A stretch of DNA of 64,000 nt, from NCBI GenBank assembly GCA_013416795.1, contig RQSC01000031.1, positions 171,461 through 235,460 of the forward strand, given 5' to 3'. The stretch is from Prasinococcaceae sp. CCMP 1430 (Eukaryota; Plantae; Prasinodermophyta). Below the pieces are notes generated by a model. It worked only from the letters and a program-made list of their open reading frames with translations. It did not search any database and was not told the DNA's origin. The position numbers were made by a program, and so were the translations under genes. How positions within the stretch are numbered: the first letter of the stretch is position 1; every line of letters begins with the position of its first letter. Positions 55,391 through 64,000 of this stretch are shown here, in pieces.

Positions 55391-56857
55391 ATGCCTGTCG
55401 CGGACGCGCGGCGCCCGCCAGCGCCCGCGCTCGCCACGCTCCTGGCTGCGCCCGAGCCCGCGGTGGGGGCAGCGACGCAACCGCTGGGCAAGCTTCCGCA
55501 GTCCTACCCGCCGCTGGGGAGTGTGCAGCCGTACGAGACCGAGAAGCTCGTGCTGAGCAACGGATTGAGTGTGCTCCTCATGGAAGACCACGAGGTGGGA
55601 GCGGTGAGCGGGACGCTGCTCGCGCAAGGAGGCTGGCGCATGGAGCCCGAGGGAAGGCCGGGGCTGAGCGCGATTGCTGCGACCGTGCAGCGCTCCGGCG
55701 GGACGCTTGCGCACCCAAAGGCAAAGCTGGACGCGCGGCTGGAAGACCTCGCAGCGGGAGTTGAGGCTGCGGCAGGCACAAACACGTCGAGCGTGTCGTT
55801 CAGTTGTCTCTCCGAGGACCTGGATGAGGTGCTGTCGCTCTTCGGCGAAGTCACGCTCGCGCCTGCACTGCCTCAGAACGAGCTCGCGCTGCAGAAGGCG
55901 CTTGCAATCGACACGTTGGCGCGCCGGAAGGACGACCCCGGCGGCCTGGCGCCCGTGGAGCTCCGCAGAAGAATCTACGGCCTGCAATCGCCGGCCTCCG
56001 TGCTGCCAACCAAGGCGTCCATAGGCGCCATCAGCCGCGCGGAGATCGCGTCGTTTCTCTCGAGAAGCTTCCGCCCCGACGGCGCGACGCTCGGCATCGT
56101 GGGCGACTTCGACCGTGCGCGCATCGAGGAGCTCCTCGAGAGCACCCTCGGCCAGGCCGCCTGGCCACGGCCAGATACGCCGCTCGAGGCAATGGTGGAG
56201 GTGCCACCCCCCCCGCCGAGAGAAGCCAGGCTGGTGCTCATTGATAGGCCCGGTCTCACGCAGGCTTACGTCGCGGCCGGCGAGGCAGGAACCACGCTTC
56301 AAGACGCGGACACTCCCGCGCTCAATCTGCTCGGGGAGGTGCTGAACGGTTTCGGTGGCACGCTGTTCGACCAGCTGCGCACGCGCGAGGGGCTTGCGTA
56401 CACCGTGTACGCGCGCTTCAGCCCCGAGTACGCGTTCGAGGGTATCTTCCAGGCAGGCGGCCAGACGCAGAGCGCGCGCCTCGCCGAGTTCATCACGTCT
56501 TTGCGGCGTGTGATCGGCGAGGCGGCCAGCGCCCCCCCAGACAACAAACTCCTCGGCGACGCCAAGCAGGCGCAGGCGTCGTCCTTTGTATTCTCCCAGG
56601 CGTCGTCAGGCAGCCAGCTCGGCACGCAGCTGGCCCTCACCCAGCTCGGGCTCCCGAAGGACCTGGACTTTCAGCTGCGCGAGGCCGAACAGAGGCTCAC
56701 CGGGAGGGACGTGTTCGACGCAGCCGCGCGCCGGCTGCACCCCGAGGAGCAAACAGTGGTCGTAGTGGCGGACGCCGGCGCCGTCAGGGAGTCGCTGCGC
56801 ACGCTGGGCATGCCCATCGAGGAGATTTCTAGTGCAGACCTGTGGGAGGACCTGTGA
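55391..56857 (+). CDS. M16 (pitrilysin/MPP-like) peptidase family protein lacking HXXEH (inactive-type subunit)
   Basis: LSNGLSVLLMEDHE, PEGRPGL, RSGGT and LFDQLRTREGLAYTV. No Zn-binding motif is present. Confidence 0.85.
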   Translation: MPVADARRPPAPALATLLAAPEPAVGAATQPLGKLPQSYPPLGSVQPYETEKLVLSNGLSVLLMEDHEVGAVSGTLLAQGGWRMEPEGRPGLSAIAATVQRSGGTLAHPKAKLDARLEDLAAGVEAAAGTNTSSVSFSCLSEDLDEVLSLFGEVTLAPALPQNELALQKALAIDTLARRKDDPGGLAPVELRRRIYGLQSPASVLPTKASIGAISRAEIASFLSRSFRPDGATLGIVGDFDRARIEELLESTLGQAAWPRPDTPLEAMVEVPPPPPREARLVLIDRPGLTQAYVAAGEAGTTLQDADTPALNLLGEVLNGFGGTLFDQLRTREGLAYTVYARFSPEYAFEGIFQAGGQTQSARLAEFITSLRRVIGEAASAPPDNKLLGDAKQAQASSFVFSQASSGSQLGTQLALTQLGLPKDLDFQLREAEQRLTGRDVFDAAARRLHPEEQTVVVVADAGAVRESLRTLGMPIEEISSADLWEDL

Positions 56858-57106
56858 CACCTGTAAAAGCGGCCATTCTTTCGCCCGACCAGCGCGCTCA
56901 CCGCAGCGGCCCGATAACACCCTCCGCGAGCACTCCGCGCCACGGCAGCGCCACTCCGCGCGCGCGTGCTGCGCCGTGTTGCGGGGCGCACGGCCTCGCT
57001 GCGGCGGCTGCCTGTCGCGCCTGCAGTGCGGCCCGGCCAGGCACCTTGCCGGAGAGGGGCCGGTGGTCGCGGCGCCCGCCCGGTGGCGCGCCGGCGCGCG
57101 TGTGCG

Positions 57107-58566
57107 ATGGGGTGCTCATACAGCCTCGAGTCAGGTATCCAGTCGCTGCACGCACTGCTGGACGCGTGCGCGCCGCGAAAGACGGTCTCGGTGGGGTCAA
57201 GGGAGCTGGCTCTGGGTAAGCTGCTCGGGGAAGGTCCGTGCGAGTGCGAGTGAGAGCCGCAAGACGTGTGAGCGGCTCGCTTGCGTTCACATACTGCACA
57301 CGCGTGTATGCGCCCGCCTGGCCGTGTCCGGCGTGTCCGCACTGTGGTGCTCGCAACCTCTTCTGGCGCGGCGACGCTGACTCGCAGCCCGAGCGCTGCC
57401 CAGGCGGTTACAGCTACGTATACCTTGCGATCGACACGGCGACCGACAGGCGATACGCGCTCAAGAAAATGCTCTGCCAGGAGCCTGAGCAGCTCGGCGC
57501 GGCGCGCACTGAGATTGCGACGCTGCGCAAGTGCCGGCATGATGGCATCCTTCCCCTGCTCTCTGCCGAGGTCGTCGAGGAGAGGCCTGTGAGCGGGCCA
57601 ACAGGGAGAGTGACAAAGGTTGCTTACCTTTTATTTGAGCTGTGGGAGGAGGGGACGCTCTATGATCGCGTGGCGGAGCTGGCGAAGGATGGGCGCTGGT
57701 TGCCCCCGCGGGTGGTGCTGGCGTTGCTGCTCCAAGTCGCCGAGGCGCTCGAGTGGATGGCCGCACAGAGCCCGGCGCTGGCGCACTACGACATCAAGCC
57801 CCACAACATCCTCGTGAGCGGCTTGAGCGATGCGGCTCTCTCCGCGCGCGCTGCCGCGGCGGCCGCGGCGCGGCGCGCTGGTGCCGGCATGGGGAACAGT
57901 GAGCGGGCAGGCGAGCGTGGCTCGCGCCGAGCGCGCGCTGTGGTCATGGACCTCGGAAGCGCGCGAGAATGCGACGTCGAGTTGTCCAGTCGCCGCGACG
58001 CGCTTGAGCTGGCCGAGTTTGCCGAGGCGCACGTGACTGCCTCGTATAGAGCCCCGGAGCTGTTCGACCCCCCGTCGCACGGCAAGGTGGACGCCAAGGT
58101 CGACGTCTGGGCGCTCGGGGCTGTGCTGTTTGCTGCCATGAACGGGGGCCGGAGTCCCTTCGAGGGCGAAGCGGGCGAAGTCGGTGGAAGCCTCCAGCTA
58201 GCAGCGATGAGCGGCAAAGTGAGATGGAAGGACAAGAGGGAGACGGACCCCCGCGCCCCGAACGATTGGGCGGCGCAGCAGCCGCCGGCGCTCCGAGCGC
58301 TGTGCGAGGCCATGCTCACAGTGGATGCAGCCACACGCCCCACGATGTCCGCTGTGTGTGACCGGATGCGCGCCATCATCGCCGCCATCGATGCTGGCGA
58401 GGACACGGTCGACACCCGAGCCGTCGCTGCGGACGTCGCCGGCGCCGCGCAGGTCGAAGTGGAGCTGCCGGCCATGCGCCCCCCTCACCAAGAGGTGCCG
58501 CTCTCAGAGTCGGCGGCGTTGGCCGAGCCTGCGGAGGGCGACGCCGCACTTGAAGCGGCGCCGTGA
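57107..58566 (+). CDS. STK16: STK16/MPSK1-like NAK-family kinase, N-myristoylation/palmitoylation signal; intron 57234-57403
   Basis: MGCSYS start, LLGEG|GYSYVYL, YALKKM, HYDIKPHN, MDLGSA and YRAPELF...KVDVWALG. Confidence 0.88.
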
Positions 58567-58648
58567 CACGCTTTGTGTGACGCTCAGCGCGGACACGGCG
58601 GTGGTTGGCACGTTTTTTTTTAAATGGTGACCCACAGCGCTGTTCAAA

Positions 58649-61561
58649 TCAGAAAATCTCGGCCTCTTCGTCAGCCAGCGCGAAACCCTCGGCCGACACG
58701 AGGGCAGTGAGCTTGTCTGCCTTGTCTGCCTCGAGCCCGAGGATCTCCGCCACCGTGCTGCGCTGCGCGGCGTCGTCCACCTTGGAGACGAACGCCGCGT
58801 ACAGGTCCTGCACCTCGTCCTCGTCCCTCCACTCGGAGCTGACGTCCGGAACACACGCGTGCGCGGCGAGCAGGTTCTTCAGGTTGGACACCAGCGGGTC
58901 CACCTCGCGCGCGCGCAGGCTGGCCACGGCGTTGACCAGAGCCATCTTCTTCTGCTCCACACCGACCTCCCTCACCACGTCCCTCGCGCGCTCGTCCTTA
59001 ATCTTGAGCGCCGTGGGCCACTCCTTCTCAAACTCCTCGCTGTTCCACACGCCCGTGCCGTTCGACAGCGCGCCCTCCACGCCCTTGCGCAGCAGGCCCG
59101 TGCGCTGGTCGAGCGAAATCATGCTCTCCACGTCCACGTCGGCCTCCGTCAGGTCCCTCACCTCCTTGATGGTGAGCTCGCCCTTGCGGATGGCAGCCTC
59201 CACGCTCTTAATCATGCCCGCGCTAGTAATACCCTTCACGACCTTGCCGGAGACCTCGTCCGACACGCCCAGCTGCGCCTGGAGCTTCTTGATGTACTCC
59301 TGCTTCTCAGGCGTGATCTTGCCGTCGGCCAGCACCTGCTTCGCCTGCTCGCGGAAGGCCTTCTCGCTGAGACCCGAGTGGATGCTCGACACCTCAATCG
59401 GCGAGAGGCCAAGCACGTCGCCGAGCTGCTGCAGGCGCAGGAACTCGCTCTGGTCGCGCTCGATGGTCATCTGCACACCCATGGGGCCCGTTTTGGTGTC
59501 ACCCGAAAGGCAGTAAAACAGGAAGATCTGGTACAGGTCCTTGCGGTCCTGCAGCTCGAGGGTCTCCGCCATGGTGATGGCAGTCTGTGTCTTGGACGCC
59601 TCCATGCGCGGGGCCTCCTTGGGCTTCTCCTCCGCCTTCCCGGTGGCTGCCACCACCTCCTTGCCCTCGGCTGCCGCCTTCTCGTCGGCCTTGGCCTTCA
59701 GCTTGGCCTTCACCTCCTCGATGGCCTTCTCGGCGTCGGCCGCGGCGGCGATCTCGGTGTCCTTCTGCATCTCGGAGCGCCCCTCGTTGGCGTCCTTGTT
59801 GAACACGCCGCGGTCGGCGTCCGCCTTCTTCTGCTCGGGCGCCATGAGGTCGCGCGCCTCGGTGATGCCCTCCTTGGCCTCGCCCTCGCCCTCCGTCTTC
59901 GCCGGCGGGGGCGTCACGTCGCGGATGGCGTCCGGCTTGAGCGGCTCGAGCAGCTTGCACACGCAGTTGGCGTTGAAGAAGACCATCTTCCTCAGCTCCT
60001 TGGCGGCGTCCTTCTGGTTCTTCTGCGAGCGCGCCTTGCCAATGAAGGCGTTGAAGATGGCGCGAATCTTGATGGTGAGCGTCTCCAGCGCGATGTCGTC
60101 GGGCAGGCGCAGGTCGCCCTGCACGCCGCGCACGGCGTTGGCCTGCTCCTTGCCGAACGCCTCGGTGCCGCTCGAGAGCGCCTTGTCGACGGCCTGGGCG
60201 TAGATGGTGCCGCACAGCTCCTTCTGCGCGTCGCGCACCACGTCCTCCTGCACGCACAGAAGCACGCGCAGCTCGAGCATGGCATCCTGGTCCTCGTCCG
60301 AGATGGCCCGCTTCTCGTCCAGGATGGACTTGAGCTTGTTGCGGTACACGTCCGTGTGGATCGCCAGCGCCTTCGCCGGGTCGAAGCGCAGGCGGTCGCA
60401 CAGGCCCTGGAGGTACAGCGCCTTGGACTCGGCGGCCTTGAGCTCGCCGCCCTGGACCGCCGTGCGCAGCGCCTGGCGGTACATCTTGGTCATGACCTCG
60501 TCCTCGCACTTCTCCGCCTCGGCGTTGCCCATGCCGTAGCAGAGCTTGAGCTGCTCGAGGTCCGCGGCCAGCTCGGCCGTGTACACGCCGTCACTGGTGC
60601 CGTCCGTGAGGTAGCCCTGGTAGATCTCCTTGAGCTCGCCGCGGCGCGCGTCGTTGTCGTACACGCCTCCGTACAGCGTGACGGCGCCGGTGCCCGCCGC
60701 GACCGACGAGTCGCCGGCGAGGGCCGCGAGCGCGCCGTTGTACGCGAGCAGGTCCTTGGTCTGCTCCACGCAGGTCGAGAAGTCGCGCACGCGCGTCTTG
60801 CGCTTGACGCACTCGTAGGCGGTCTCGACCTTGGCCTCGAGCTTCGCGCGCACGGCGTTCGTGAGCGCGGCGGCGGCGAGGTCCTCCTTGAGGCCCAGCT
60901 TGGTCTGGTAGGCGCGCAGGCCGCGCAGCGCCTCGACCGTGGGCGGGGTGGCGCCCACGGCCTCGCGCACGCGCGCCTCGTACAGCGCGCCGGCGTTGTT
61001 GTTGCACGCCAGCTGCACCTGCGCCTCCGAGAAGTCGAAGACGCGCTTCCAGGGCAGGAGGAAGCGCGACTTGCGCTCGCCGAAGACGAGCGTGGACACG
61101 AACACGAGCTTCTGGAACGCGCGGCGCTCCTCGGTGGCGCCGTCGCGGCCGGAGACCTCGAGGCGCTGGCGGAAGATGCGGCGTCCGACCTCGAGGTGCA
61201 CGTTCGCCGCGTCCTCGTCGGTGATGCCCAGCGCGGCCTTGAACGCCACGATGCGGTCCGCCTCGTCGCCGCGCAGCGCCTGGTCGCCGTCGGGCAGCAC
61301 GCTCGACACGAAGCGGTTGTACTCCATCTTGAGCACCTCCGGGAAGTCCTCCGAGAGGTCGACGCCGTACTGCTCAGCGACGGCGGCGATGTACTCGGGC
61401 TGGAGGGCGTCCGCGTGCGGCAGCGACGCCAGCACGTTGTGCACGGCGACGGCCGCGCCCTCCTTGCGCTCCTCCTCGGCCTTCTTGTACGCGGCCGCGC
61501 CGGCGGCGGCGCCCGCGCCCGCGAGCACGACCTTGGCGGGCAGCGGGGCCTTGGCGGCGCC
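58649..61561 (-). CDS. TIC110: Chloroplast inner-envelope translocon TIC110; 5' end in gap
   Basis: FKAALGITDEDAANVHLEVGRRIFRQRLE, FQKLVFVSTLVFG, FLLPWKRVF, ELRKMVFFN and SEFLRLQQLGDVLGL. Confidence 0.95.
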   Translation of the reverse strand, partial: GAAKAPLPAKVVLAGAGAAAGAAAYKKAEEERKEGAAVAVHNVLASLPHADALQPEYIAAVAEQYGVDLSEDFPEVLKMEYNRFVSSVLPDGDQALRGDEADRIVAFKAALGITDEDAANVHLEVGRRIFRQRLEVSGRDGATEERRAFQKLVFVSTLVFGERKSRFLLPWKRVFDFSEAQVQLACNNNAGALYEARVREAVGATPPTVEALRGLRAYQTKLGLKEDLAAAALTNAVRAKLEAKVETAYECVKRKTRVRDFSTCVEQTKDLLAYNGALAALAGDSSVAAGTGAVTLYGGVYDNDARRGELKEIYQGYLTDGTSDGVYTAELAADLEQLKLCYGMGNAEAEKCEDEVMTKMYRQALRTAVQGGELKAAESKALYLQGLCDRLRFDPAKALAIHTDVYRNKLKSILDEKRAISDEDQDAMLELRVLLCVQEDVVRDAQKELCGTIYAQAVDKALSSGTEAFGKEQANAVRGVQGDLRLPDDIALETLTIKIRAIFNAFIGKARSQKNQKDAAKELRKMVFFNANCVCKLLEPLKPDAIRDVTPPPAKTEGEGEAKEGITEARDLMAPEQKKADADRGVFNKDANEGRSEMQKDTEIAAAADAEKAIEEVKAKLKAKADEKAAAEGKEVVAATGKAEEKPKEAPRMEASKTQTAITMAETLELQDRKDLYQIFLFYCLSGDTKTGPMGVQMTIERDQSEFLRLQQLGDVLGLSPIEVSSIHSGLSEKAFREQAKQVLADGKITPEKQEYIKKLQAQLGVSDEVSGKVVKGITSAGMIKSVEAAIRKGELTIKEVRDLTEADVDVESMISLDQRTGLLRKGVEGALSNGTGVWNSEEFEKEWPTALKIKDERARDVVREVGVEQKKMALVNAVASLRAREVDPLVSNLKNLLAAHACVPDVSSEWRDEDEVQDLYAAFVSKVDDAAQRSTVAEILGLEADKADKLTALVSAEGFALADEEAEIF

Positions 61562-62451
61562 NNNNNNNNNNNNNNNNNNNNNNNNNNNNNNNNNNNNNNN
61601 NNNNNNNNNNNNNNNNNNNNNNNNNNNNNNNNNNNNNNNNNNNNNNNNNNNNNNNNNNNNNNNNNNNNNNNNNNNNNNNNNNNNNNNNNNNNNNNNNNNN
61701 NNNNNNNNNNNNNNNNNNNNNNNNNNNNNNNNNNNNNNNNNNNNNNNNNNNNNNNNNNNNNNNNNNNNNNNNNNNNNNNNNNNNNNNNNNNNNNNNNNNN
61801 NNNNNNNNNNNNNNNNNNNNNNNNNNNNNNNNNNNNNNNNNNNNNNNNNNNNNNNNNNNNNNNNNNNNNNNNNNNNNNNNNNNNNNNNNNNNNNNNNNNN
61901 NNNNNNNNNNNNNNNNNNNNNNNNNNNNNNNNNNNNNNNNNNNNNNNNNNNNNNNNNNNNNNNNNNNNNNNNNNNNNNNNNNNNNNNNNNNNNNNNNNNN
62001 NNNNNNNNNNNNNNNNNNNNNNNNNNNNNNNNNNNNNNNNNNNNNNNNNNNNNNNNNNNNNNNNNNNNNNNNNNNNNNNNNNNNNNNNNNNNNNNNNNNN
62101 NNNNNNNNNNNNNNNNNNNNNNNNNNNNNNNNNNNNNNNNNNNNNNNNNNNNNNNNNNNNNNNNNNNNNNNNNNNNNNNNNNNNNNNNNNNNNNNNNNNN
62201 NNNNNNNNNNNNNNNNNNNNNNNNNNNNNNNNNNNNNNNNNNNNNNNNNNNNNNNNNNNNNNNNNNNNNNNNNNNNNNNNNNNNNNNNNNNNNNNNNNNN
62301 NNNNNNNNNNNNNNNNNNNNNNNNNNNNNNNNNNNNNNNNNNNNNNNNNNNNNNNNNNNNNNNNNNNNNNNNNNNNNNNNNNNNNNNNNNNNNNNNNNNN
62401 NNNNNNNNNNNNNNNNNNNNNNNNNNNNNNNNNNNNNNNNNNNNNNNNNNN
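61562..62451. other. Assembly gap
   Basis: N run. Confidence 1.
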
Positions 62452-63256
62452 AGGGCACCGGCCGGGGCGAGCGGGGCGCTGCGCGGCGGCCCGCGCGCGC
62501 CACACGCCACCGCACCCTCATCTGCTCCGCGCGCGCCCGCGGCCCCCAAGCCCCATCATATATATCCATGCATGCATGCGTCGCACGTATGGATGGCCAA
62601 CAACCAGCGGCCCAAAATGCATGGGATGTATCGACGAACCCACCTCGACGCCTGGCCGCGAACACCAACGACGAAAGGCTGCTTGTTTTGGTTGGCGGTG
62701 TCGTGCGCAATGGGTGGAGGGACGTCAACAGGCGACGCCAACCAACCAACGCTCGCCCAGGTCACACCCACCACCGAGCACCCGTGCAGCAGAAACCCAA
62801 CCAAACTTGCCCAACCAAACAAACAGACGGAGCGCGCGCGGCCGCGCCCCGGCCGGCTGGTGCCAGATCCAGTCTTGGCTGGCACCGGTCGTCCTGTTGG
62901 CCCTGACCTGACTGTGGCGTGTACAGGCCGAAACGGATCGATGGTCGATGCTCTGATATGGATCGGTCGGATGGTGTGATGATCGGTCGGATCGTGGATG
63001 TATGGTGGGGTTCCACCCCCCCCTCCGCGGAGCTTTTCGGGTGCGAGGCCTCGCGTTTTGGGATTCGTTTGTGGGTGCGCGGCGCCGGTCGGCGGCCGTG
63101 TGCGTTGCGGCGTTGGTCGGCGGCGGGGAGGCGTCGGCGCGGTTTCGGGCGGCGGCGTTCCGTCGATCAGCGGCCGGCGGCGGCTGCGGGTATCGCTCGC
63201 GCGGCGCTAGACCAGAAGCTGCCCGTGGTGGTCTTCATGCGAGGCGCGCACTCGTC

Positions 63257-63356
63257 NNNNNNNNNNNNNNNNNNNNNNNNNNNNNNNNNNNNNNNNNNNN
63301 NNNNNNNNNNNNNNNNNNNNNNNNNNNNNNNNNNNNNNNNNNNNNNNNNNNNNNNN
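63257..63356. other. Assembly gap
   Basis: N run. Confidence 1.
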
Positions 63357-63585
63357 CCGCCGGCGCGCGCCTGCGGGGCGGGCAGCGCCGCTCGTGCGAC
63401 CGTCGGCGCAGTGGGGGGAGGGGTGCTCGCTGCGCTGGCCGTCTCCGCCCATCCCTTGCCAGTGTGGCGCGCGGCCGGCAGGGTGGCTGGCCTGTTCAGT
63501 CTTTGCGGCGGGGCCTGCTGTTGCAAGGCCGCCACAGGCGCCCCTCATTTTGCCCTTGCGTCAGGCGCCGTGGCGCCGGGCGCGA

Positions 63586-64000
63586 TGGCCGCTCTGCTTC
63601 GACACGAGAGCGCCCGAGAGCATAGTACGCGCGCCGCGCGGGCCCTCGTGTTCCTGCCGCTAGGCTTCGTGCTGTGGACGGCGCTTACGCTATGGGCCGC
63701 CTTCGTTCGCAACTCAATGTCACTCAACCAAAGCGATGGCGGCATGACCACCCACGCCGGCCGCATCGACATCACTGCGGAGGCTGCTACGTCCGCGACC
63801 ACTCGCGGCGGCGGCAACAGTAGCAGGGCACGGCACCTGCGAGATGAGGCGGGCCTGCACCGCGCGCGTTCGCAAAGGGAGGCCGAGCTCGGTCCAGGGA
63901 CGCTGCGAGCGCTGGTGAACGGCCTCACGGTGGTGCGAATGGCCGAGAGGCAGCAGCTGTGGCAGAGACCCCCGCGCGATGACAGTGATTCGACCAATGC
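63586..64000 (+). CDS. Probable type II membrane protein, truncated by the window end
   Basis: An ATG-initiated frame stays open to the end, with TM segment ALVFLPLGFVLWTALTLWAAFV followed by N-x-S. Confidence 0.5.

Noticed and set aside
660-57403. Introns as Introner-type repetitive elements
   Set aside because: By eye the introns share only donor, branch-point and acceptor signals, not body sequence. A genome-wide self-BLAST would be needed to exclude copies elsewhere.
57770-57960. HYD and DLG motifs as evidence of a pseudokinase
   Set aside because: Catalytic Lys, Asp and Asn are retained, and STK16-family kinases commonly deviate from HRD/DFG.
58859-62911. Long antisense ORFs (e.g. 58859-62911 +, 14987-17122 +, 40394-42766 +)
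   Set aside because: These are shadow frames of GC3-rich genes or run through N gaps, with no recognisable domains.
62452-63256. Possible gene or ncRNA between gaps upstream of TIC110
   Set aside because: Only low-complexity CCAA and GATCGG repeats are present, with no convincing ORF or RNA motif; probably intron, UTR or promoter.
1-64000. tRNA/rRNA genes, operons, prokaryotic defence systems or a biosynthetic gene cluster
   Set aside because: None recognised; neighbouring genes are functionally unrelated eukaryotic housekeeping genes.

Overview
A GC-rich, gene-dense eukaryotic nuclear scaffold, not a prokaryotic one. TIC110, an RH39-type plastid helicase and an HPAT point to a green alga (prasinophyte grade is my inference). 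About 28 protein-coding genes can be reconstructed. Many have short GT-AG introns (mostly 99-201 nt, one of 455 nt), usually with a CTGAC/CTRAC-type branch point. Recognisable genes include CDC7, a mitochondrial carrier, a SET protein, QSOX, WNK, TGT, TLDc, OTU, a Rab1-like GTPase, PRP38, PHF5A, HPAT, asparaginase, MORN, Furry/MOR2, SFT2, RH39, an M16 peptidase-like protein, STK16 and TIC110. There are four N gaps and several probable 1-nt assembly indels. The two most unusual items are (1) a SAWADEE/SHH-type homeodomain fused to a TGA/DOG1-like domain (24703-27186) and (2) an intronless fusion of ~37-aa helical RNA-binding-type repeats, an FAD monooxygenase and a LYAR-like C-terminus, preceded by (AACCCT)3 (30427-33957). 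A DIRS-type retrotransposon RNase H relic lies near 6.0-6.3 kb. All family assignments come from motifs recognised by eye; no database searches were run.
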